In this document: one piece after another, positions 30,913 through 37,389 of the stretch | How positions within the stretch are numbered: position 1 is the first letter of the stretch | Layout: the number at the start of each line of letters is the position of its first letter | From: Candidatus Onthovivens sp. | GTDB taxonomy: Bacteria; Bacillota_I; Bacilli_A; RFN20; CAG-826 | Reading direction: 5' to 3' | DNA: 64,000 bases | NCBI GenBank assembly: GCA_036746835.1 | Contig: DAIODM010000001.1 | Span: forward strand, 64,281-128,280 | Position numbers and translations under genes: made by a program | The notes under the pieces: generated by a model | Seen by the model: only the letters and a program-made list of their open reading frames with translations | What the model was told of the DNA's origin: nothing | Database searches by the model: none

Positions 30913-32172
30913 ATGAATAAAAATTTAAAGTTGTTTTTATGTTCTTCAAGTTTAATTCTTGGAGTTAGTTTATCGTCTTTTTCTCTCGTTTCTTGTAATA
31001 CTACAGTTCCTGTTGTTGAAAATAAAATAACTGATTTTAGTGCTCAATTAGAATCAGGAAAAACAGAATTGGAAATCGGTAGTGTTGATACCATCAAGAT
31101 TAGCGATGAGGTTCCAAGTGGAGTTAGCGGAACATCATATACTTATTCAACAAGTGATGATTCAATTATGACAGTTTCCGATAATGGACAAGTTACGGCT
31201 ATCAAAAAAGGTAGTGTAGTTATTACAATTACTGAAAAGAATAGTGGAGTTTTTAAAAAATTAAATCTTAGCGTTAGTGAAGGAAATGAAGAATTTTCTT
31301 TAATTTCACCTGCTGGTGCGCCAACTCTTGCTTTATATGACACAATTGCATCAAAATCTGGAGCTGAAACTACATCTCAAGTTACACAAATTCCATTAGC
31401 ATTAAAAAATGGATCATATAATTATGTAGTTTTTGATTCAATTTCCGCTCTTAAATTAATAAATGCAAAACAAGCTGATTATACTTACGAAATGATGTTA
31501 ACTGGAGGTAATTTCCATTTAGCTGGTTTTAATACGACTTCACAACCAAAAGTTGGTGATAAAATCGTTACTTTCGGAGAAAAATTAGTTCCTGATTTAG
31601 CATTTAAAACCGCCTATCCTGAATTATTTGTTGAATCTAATTTAAGTAATATTCAATATGTTAACTCTGTAACCGATGTTGTTCCTGTTTTAAAAACTGG
31701 ATTATATCAAGGCTCAGCAATTAATTATTGCTTCATTGCACAACCAGCATTATTTGCTGTTATGGCAGCTAATAATGGCGATACCAATGATCAAAATAAT
31801 ATCACTGATATCCAAAATTTAAATGATAAAATAAGCGAAATCACAAATGGAAAATTTAATTATATTCCACAAGGCGCTTTATTTGTTAAGAATGACTATT
31901 TAAATAAGAAACCATCGTATGTTTCTTCATTTGTTGATGATGTTAAGAAACAAATGAAAAATGCTAGGGGAGCAGATTTAAATGCTGTTGTTACAAGTAT
32001 GGAAAAAGTCTCAACAGTTGCAGCTGAACAAGCTTCTAAATATGGATTCAATGAGAATGTTGTTAAAGCTCTTCAATCTAATAACAAGAACCAATTTGGC
32101 ATCATGGATCCTGATAAACCTACAACAGTAACTGATATTAATGATTTCTTAACGACTATTAACTATAAATAA
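30913..32172 (+). CDS. Lipoprotein: Big_2 Ig-like domain fused to a putative ABC substrate-binding domain
   Basis: Signal peptide with lipobox LVSC. Big_2-like segment YSTSDDSIMTVSDNGQVTAIKKGSVVITI. The C-terminal about 300 aa looks like a periplasmic-binding fold (ISPAGAPTLALYD). A permease lies immediately downstream. Confidence 0.7.
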   Translation: MNKNLKLFLCSSSLILGVSLSSFSLVSCNTTVPVVENKITDFSAQLESGKTELEIGSVDTIKISDEVPSGVSGTSYTYSTSDDSIMTVSDNGQVTAIKKGSVVITITEKNSGVFKKLNLSVSEGNEEFSLISPAGAPTLALYDTIASKSGAETTSQVTQIPLALKNGSYNYVVFDSISALKLINAKQADYTYEMMLTGGNFHLAGFNTTSQPKVGDKIVTFGEKLVPDLAFKTAYPELFVESNLSNIQYVNSVTDVVPVLKTGLYQGSAINYCFIAQPALFAVMAANNGDTNDQNNITDIQNLNDKISEITNGKFNYIPQGALFVKNDYLNKKPSYVSSFVDDVKKQMKNARGADLNAVVTSMEKVSTVAAEQASKYGFNENVVKALQSNNKNQFGIMDPDKPTTVTDINDFLTTINYK

Positions 32173-32214
32173 TGGATTCTTTAAAAATAGATATAGAAAC
32201 TATAAAATATAAGA

Positions 32215-32991
32215 ATGAAAAACAATAACAAAAGCAAAAACCTAAATTGCCTCTATATATTAATAGGCTTTTTAGGTTTGCTTGTTATTTGGGAAATATC
32301 TAGTCTAATAACCAATAAACAAAATGTTTATCCTGATGTTTTTGCGACTTTCTCAAGATTATTCTTAATTTTAGGTGATTTTTCGACTTATAAAGCAATA
32401 TTTACAAGTTTAGGAATTATTTTATTAACTTTACTAGGATCTTTAATTTTAGCTATTATTTTTGGCACATTATCTGGTCTTTTTAATCCAATAAATAAGA
32501 TTTTAACTCCTTTAATTACTTTCATGAAAGTTATTCCAACAGCATGCATAGTCATTTTATTAATTGTCTTTGTAAAGTCATTTTATTCGACAATAATCGT
32601 AATTTTTCTTGTTGTTTTTCCAATTTTATATGAATCAATTGTAAATGGAATCAAAAATATCGATGAATCAATAATTAATTCATTAAGACTTGAAGGTCTT
32701 AGAACATGGAATTCAATTTCTAAAGTCATTATTCCATCAATTTTGCCATATTTATATGTTGGTATAGTTTCATCTTTTGGTTTAGGGATGAAAGTTGAAA
32801 TTATGTCAGAAATCATTGTTGGATCATCAAGTATTGCTGGTTTAGGTCATTTAATTTATCTTTCTTACGCAATAAATGCTGATTATGTCGAATTATTTGC
32901 TTTAGCAACATTAACATTATTATCTTTTGGTTTTATTGATTTAATCCTTTATTTCTTCAAAAAAATCATAAAAAATAAATATAGTTTTTAA
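32215..32991 (+). CDS. ABC importer permease (binding-protein-dependent inner-membrane component, TauC/SsuC-like)
   Basis: Six predicted TM helices and an EAA-like loop (INSLRLEGLRTWNSISKVIIPSILPYL). Confidence 0.8.
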   Translation: MKNNNKSKNLNCLYILIGFLGLLVIWEISSLITNKQNVYPDVFATFSRLFLILGDFSTYKAIFTSLGIILLTLLGSLILAIIFGTLSGLFNPINKILTPLITFMKVIPTACIVILLIVFVKSFYSTIIVIFLVVFPILYESIVNGIKNIDESIINSLRLEGLRTWNSISKVIIPSILPYLYVGIVSSFGLGMKVEIMSEIIVGSSSIAGLGHLIYLSYAINADYVELFALATLTLLSFGFIDLILYFFKKIIKNKYSF

Positions 32992-33046
32992 ATTTTTTTA
33001 AATTTTCCTTAATTCCTCCTTATTTATTAGTAAAGAGGATTTTTTT

Positions 33047-33559
33047 ATGGATAAAAACAAAACGAAGATTGTTTATAAGGTTAAGTATAAGGAAAATAAC
33101 TGTTTAGAAGCTCAATTAGACTGGTCACGTGACTTATTGTCCAATAAAGAGCCTATTATTGAGGAAAATAAACATATTTATTTGAAACAAGGTGAAATTT
33201 ACGAATTTAAATTATCTAAGATCAAAACTACATTATGTATAATTTTAAATGATACAAATGAGTATCAAGAGAATATTTTAGTTTGTCCAATATATCTCTT
33301 AAAAGACAATTTTGTTCATGACGGACTAGAAATAGGGATGATTCCAGAAATTTCTACAAATTTTGAGTTTATAGCTGCAATTCATGAAATTAGGTTTGTC
33401 AAAGCTAAACATTTGTATTTTAAAGAATCAAATTTTAATCCAATTAGCTTAGGAAGAATAATGAAATCTACCTTAGTCAACATAGTATATTTATACAAAT
33501 CATTATTGGAAAAAATCATTAAAATGCCTAAAAGATATGAAGATATACACATTTGTTAG
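33047..33559 (+). CDS. Orphan 170-aa protein with MazF/PemK-like motif order (putative toxin-fold protein)
   Basis: By eye against B. subtilis EndoA/MazF: KQGEIYEFKL vs KRGDVYFADL, LCIILND vs VLVIQND, ILVCPI vs IVAAIT, HEIRFVKAKHL vs EQIRTIDKQRL. It has about 45 extra N-terminal residues. No antitoxin ORF is adjacent. Confidence 0.45.
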   Translation: MDKNKTKIVYKVKYKENNCLEAQLDWSRDLLSNKEPIIEENKHIYLKQGEIYEFKLSKIKTTLCIILNDTNEYQENILVCPIYLLKDNFVHDGLEIGMIPEISTNFEFIAAIHEIRFVKAKHLYFKESNFNPISLGRIMKSTLVNIVYLYKSLLEKIIKMPKRYEDIHIC

Positions 33560-33718
33560 TTGATTCAATGTAGATAATTAGTATATATTTAGTAATTATT
33601 AAGTATATTTCACTGTGGAAAAGTCGCTTTTTAAAGGTGAATTTTAAACTGATATAAAGGATAATTATACAATTAAACAAATAAAAGTATCGACAAAATC
33701 AATTCTTTTTCAGTTTTT

Positions 33719-33746
33719 AGTTAACATAATAGATATTATGCGAAGT
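33719..33746. other. dif: dif-like Xer recombination site (11-6-11)
   Basis: AGTTAACATAA TAGATA TTATGCGAAGT. By hand count the reverse complement matches B. subtilis dif at 23/28 positions and E. coli dif at 22/28. It lies in the convergent intergenic gap where gene orientation switches. Confidence 0.75.
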
Positions 33747-33775
33747 AGTGTTTTAAAGTATTTCAAAGAAGAAAC

Positions 33776-33807
33776 AAAAAAAGATAATCTAAAACGTCTT
33801 GATTATC
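33776..33807 (-). terminator. Rho-independent terminator of the yqeG...rsfS operon
   Basis: On the minus strand: gataatc, an 11-nt loop, gattatc, then a 7-T run (plus-strand A run at 33776-33782). It starts 11 nt after the rsfS stop. Confidence 0.6.
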
Positions 33808-33817
33808 CCTTCTTATT

Positions 33818-34135
33818 TTACTTTGAACTAATAATACTATCTATGTCTATACGATTTCTCTCATCTTCAGTCATTATATGAACAACAATATCATTTAAGT
33901 CGACAACAATCCATTTTGAATCATTACGACCTTCAATATGATTGATTTTTATTTTGTTTAACTCAGCTGCATCTTCAATAGATTCTTTAATACCATTAAG
34001 ATTTCGTTCATTCAATGCTGAGCAAACAATAATAGCATCACATAAAGGATTAATCCCTTTAACATCATAAAATTTAACATTTTTAGCTTTTTTATCTTTT
34101 ATTGCCTTTAAAACTGCTTTTTCATTTTTATTCAT
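33818..34135 (-). CDS. rsfS: Ribosomal silencing factor RsfS (YqeL)
   Basis: 105 aa (LCDAIIVCSALNERN...WIVVDLNDIVVHIM). It is the last gene of the yqe operon. Confidence 0.9.
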   Translation of the reverse strand: MNKNEKAVLKAIKDKKAKNVKFYDVKGINPLCDAIIVCSALNERNLNGIKESIEDAAELNKIKINHIEGRNDSKWIVVDLNDIVVHIMTEDERNRIDIDSIISSK

Positions 34136-35144
34136 ACTTAAATTTATTTTTCCAATCCTTTATATAATAGTTTAAACATCTATTAGTGAAGAAATTATTC
34201 GATAAAATCCCACCATTTTGACAAATAAACTTCATATTTTCACTTAAAACAAATACAAATCCACTATCGTAATCTTTCTTACATGCATCAATCATGTATT
34301 GACTATCATATCCCCTTGTTGGTTCAATTTTATCCGATGCATAGATGATTTTTTGCATTTTTGACATATTTTCATCACCAGTAGCATGCGTTTGAATAGC
34401 TTTTATACACTCCTTATTTATATCAGGAAATAGTTTTTGAGCATAAATAGCCCCAACAAATTCATGTAACGACCATTTTGGCATAGAAACAAAATTTCTG
34501 AAATATTTTTCCATTATATCGATAGATTCCTCATCTGTTGCTTGTTTTCCAATATCATGCAATAAACCAGCAATGAAGTATTGATCAGGATGTTCTAATT
34601 TGTTTGATATTGCTATCTCGTAAGCCGTATTTGCTACACTTACGCAATGATCATATCTTTTTCCTTTAATATATTCCTCTACTAAAGGCATAAAATATAG
34701 TTTATTTTCAACGATGAAATCAATAATTTCCTTCTCAGTATCGAGATTTTTTAAATTTCTTATACTTCGTGATTTATCATAAGCGTTTTCATTAACTCTC
34801 AACTTGCCTTTAGAATTAATTACCTTTTCTTCTGGTACTAAGTATGAAGTATCATCATGAATCAATAAAGAGATGTCATTAATACCACTATCGTGCATTT
34901 TATCAATAAAATCTTTTAAATCGACAAACTGAAGAGGTTTATTGAGTAAATCAATAAAAGTATATTTAATATTCTTATTTTTTAAAGCAATATCTATCAT
35001 TTTTTCTCTTAATTCAATAGAACAATATTTTGAATATAAGAAACATAAATAAAATACGACACCATCGTCGTTATATTTATTTATATCCGAAATCATTTCA
35101 TTATTTATTGGATCAAATGAAGAAATAATAGCAATATTTTTCAT
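34128..35144 (-). CDS. yqeK: Fusion of a NadD-like nucleotidyltransferase domain (degenerate motif) with the YqeK HD phosphohydrolase
   Basis: The C-terminal HD domain is intact (RYDHCVSV...AGLLHDIGK). The N-terminal about 150 aa aligns with NadD, but GGTFDPPHNGH is replaced by ISSFDPINNEM. Confidence 0.8.
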   Translation of the reverse strand: MKNIAIISSFDPINNEMISDINKYNDDGVVFYLCFLYSKYCSIELREKMIDIALKNKNIKYTFIDLLNKPLQFVDLKDFIDKMHDSGINDISLLIHDDTSYLVPEEKVINSKGKLRVNENAYDKSRSIRNLKNLDTEKEIIDFIVENKLYFMPLVEEYIKGKRYDHCVSVANTAYEIAISNKLEHPDQYFIAGLLHDIGKQATDEESIDIMEKYFRNFVSMPKWSLHEFVGAIYAQKLFPDINKECIKAIQTHATGDENMSKMQKIIYASDKIEPTRGYDSQYMIDACKKDYDSGFVFVLSENMKFICQNGGILSNNFFTNRCLNYYIKDWKNKFKYE

Positions 35145-35145
35145 A

Positions 35146-35445
35146 TTAAAATTTGATGCTGTTTTTTAATTTTGGGTTTGGTCTATATAAAATTACAGTA
35201 TGCCCAATTTCTTGTACTACATCAGCTTTTAATCCACCACTAATATCAAGGACTAATTCTTCCATTTCCTTTGATTCCAAGGCACTTTTTAAGAAAACTA
35301 CCTTGATTAACTCATGAGCATTAATAGCATTTTCTAATGAAGCTAAAAGATTTTTATCAACATTACCTTTACCAACATTACATTTAACAATTTCAGTGCT
35401 ATGCGCAATTTTTCTTAATGCGATTTTTTGTTTACTATCTAACAT
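35146..35445 (-). CDS. yhbY: RNA-binding protein YhbY (CRM domain; YqeI)
   Basis: 99 aa with CRS1/YhbY features (LDSKQKIALRKIAH...VQEIGHTVILYR). Confidence 0.85.
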   Translation of the reverse strand: MLDSKQKIALRKIAHSTEIVKCNVGKGNVDKNLLASLENAINAHELIKVVFLKSALESKEMEELVLDISGGLKADVVQEIGHTVILYRPNPKLKNSIKF

Positions 35446-36565
35446 TTTTTATCTTGCTACGCGTTGTATATACGTAGACTCCTTTTGGTACAAAAACACG
35501 ATAAACTTGCTTATTTCCAATAAAATGGAACCATCCTAAGCCAAGAATACCTAAGTCTCGATCTCCTTCTTCTGTGATCTCTAAGTCGTATACATCAAAA
35601 TCAGCAAAACTTCTTAATTTGTTTGAACATGGCTTTAAAGTATGACGAGTTAAAACTGAACCGAAATGAGCTTCGCCATTTTTAACAGCTTTTAAATCTA
35701 CAGAATATTTAGCATAAACGTCAATTTTAGTCTCTTCACCACCAATTAATTCAATTAAAGCTAAACCACCATACATTAAAGACATTCCAAGGCCTAACTT
35801 AAAACTTCGTTTATTAACAATTTCATTTGGAATAATATCATGTCCAACAAGTAATTCGACTTGAGATAACATTGAATTGTCAATAGATAATCCTGGAGTC
35901 TCATAAATATAGGTATTTTGACCCATTGGAATTTTAAATCCACGTAAACTCGTACCCGGGAATGTATAAGTAATAATCAATTCTTGGGTGTTATTCTTAT
36001 ATTTCTTTAAGAATTCAGCAATTAAAGCAGATTTTCCACTAACTGTTGAACCAACAAAATAAACATCTTTATTATCGGAAAGAGCTTTAATTTTTTCATA
36101 CATTAAATCAATATTGTATCCAGTTGTTGATGAAGTTAAAACGACATCTTTAACAGCAAGATGAGCAACTCTTAATCTATGTGAAACATATTCAAGCAAT
36201 TCTTTATCATCAACATTTTGAGGTAATAAATCACGTTTGTTTCCAATAGCTAAAACATCGCATCCTTGAAGCATTTCATTAACTTTCGATATAAATGAAC
36301 CTTCAAAAGAAAAGAGATCAACAACATAAACGACAAGAGCTTTATGAGCTTTAATTTGCTCTAAAATCTTTTTAAAATCATCATCTAGAATTGCTTCTTG
36401 AGGAATTTTAGCTTTTTCAATTTTGTAGCAATTGTTGCAAAGTAAAACACCATCTGGATATTTTTCCAATGTCTCTTGATCAATATACCCAGCTTGGCTA
36501 GGATCTTTTGTTTGTAAGATTTCACCACAATGGCTGCACTTTTTGACTTTATTAAAGTTTGGCAT
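35435..36565 (-). CDS. yqeH: Ribosome biogenesis GTPase YqeH (circularly permuted)
   Basis: N-terminal zinc finger CSHCGE...CNNC, a permuted G domain (NKRDL ... GSTVSGKS). I moved the start to MPNFNK at 36565, which has GGAGGG 6 nt upstream. Confidence 0.85.
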   Translation of the reverse strand: MPNFNKVKKCSHCGEILQTKDPSQAGYIDQETLEKYPDGVLLCNNCYKIEKAKIPQEAILDDDFKKILEQIKAHKALVVYVVDLFSFEGSFISKVNEMLQGCDVLAIGNKRDLLPQNVDDKELLEYVSHRLRVAHLAVKDVVLTSSTTGYNIDLMYEKIKALSDNKDVYFVGSTVSGKSALIAEFLKKYKNNTQELIITYTFPGTSLRGFKIPMGQNTYIYETPGLSIDNSMLSQVELLVGHDIIPNEIVNKRSFKLGLGMSLMYGGLALIELIGGEETKIDVYAKYSVDLKAVKNGEAHFGSVLTRHTLKPCSNKLRSFADFDVYDLEITEEGDRDLGILGLGWFHFIGNKQVYRVFVPKGVYVYTTRSKIKNVR

Positions 36566-37082
36566 AAATTTCCCTCCAATCTTTTGCAAGATTTTTTAAA
36601 GCAATCTTTTTTCTAAAATGAACATCAATTTTACGATTAATAAACGTGATAACTTGATCTTTATTAACCAAAGGTTTAGTTAATATTGATTTAATCCCTA
36701 ATTTATTAGCACATTTAACATCGGTCATTATTTGATCACCTATAATTATAACCGATTCAATCGAAATATTCTCTCTTTTAATATATTTATAAAGCTTAAA
36801 AGTAAAAGGTTTAAATGTTCTATGTAAAAACTTGACACCTAAATCCTTTGAATACATATAAACTCTTTTCTTACTATTGTTGCTTGTAATGACAGGAATA
36901 AGCCCATTTTTAATAAGATTTGACATCAAATCAATTGTTCTTTTGCTTGGTTTTTTAGTATGAGGCGAATCTAATGTATTGTCTAAATCTATAAAAAGAT
37001 ATTTAACACCAATTTTTTTATAAAAATCGCAATCAATATCATAAATGGAATTAGCTAAACAATAAGGTATATACTTTTTCAT
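36552..37082 (-). CDS. yqeG: HAD-IIIA phosphatase YqeG
   Basis: DLDNTL motif and GDQIMTD. It is the first gene of the yqe operon. Confidence 0.82.
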   Translation of the reverse strand: MKKYIPYCLANSIYDIDCDFYKKIGVKYLFIDLDNTLDSPHTKKPSKRTIDLMSNLIKNGLIPVITSNNSKKRVYMYSKDLGVKFLHRTFKPFTFKLYKYIKRENISIESVIIIGDQIMTDVKCANKLGIKSILTKPLVNKDQVITFINRKIDVHFRKKIALKNLAKDWREIYAKL

Positions 37083-37098
37083 ATTTAATCCTTCTTTT

Positions 37099-37127
37099 AT
37101 TATAAATAAAGTTGTGTATTATTTCCA
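37099..37127 (-). promoter_or_regulatory. Candidate promoter of the yqeG operon (TGGAAA-17-TATAAT)
   Basis: On the minus strand, TATAAT is at 37104-37099 and TGGAAA at 37127-37122, with a 17-nt spacer. Confidence 0.3.
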
Positions 37128-37146
37128 TTTTTAATACAATTAAAAT

Positions 37147-37389
37147 ATGAAAAATAATTCAGAATTATTTAACAATATTTCAAGATTTTTAACATTTTTT
37201 GGCCTTTTTTGGACAACTATCTTACCAATATTAGGGATTCCATTTTATATTGTCTCATTCATCATTGCATACAAACAAATTCATACAAAAGATGGATTCT
37301 ACAACATTATTTTTAGTTCTGTAAGTTTCTTAATTTCAATCATCTATTTTATATTTATTTTGTTATATAGATTTAACCCTACAAACTAA
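37147..37389 (+). CDS. Hypothetical 80-aa small membrane protein
   Basis: Two or three hydrophobic helices. There is no clear RBS. It overlaps the parC 3' end by 4 nt, convergently. Confidence 0.4.
   Translation: MKNNSELFNNISRFLTFFGLFWTTILPILGIPFYIVSFIIAYKQIHTKDGFYNIIFSSVSFLISIIYFIFILLYRFNPTN

Noticed and set aside
33560-33590. A second TAGATA hexamer (33571-33576), considered as a possible degenerate second dif that would bracket an element integrated at dif (IMEX).
   Set aside because: Its flanking 11-mers match the dif arms at only 2/11 and 3/11 positions by hand count. There is no evidence for a second Xer site, and no integrase, phage or plasmid genes lie between them.
33738-33881. A 47-aa ORF whose ATG lies inside the dif-like site and which runs antisense into rsfS.
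   Set aside because: It has no RBS, overlaps the rsfS terminator and coding sequence on the opposite strand, and has a low-complexity product. It is most likely a chance ORF.
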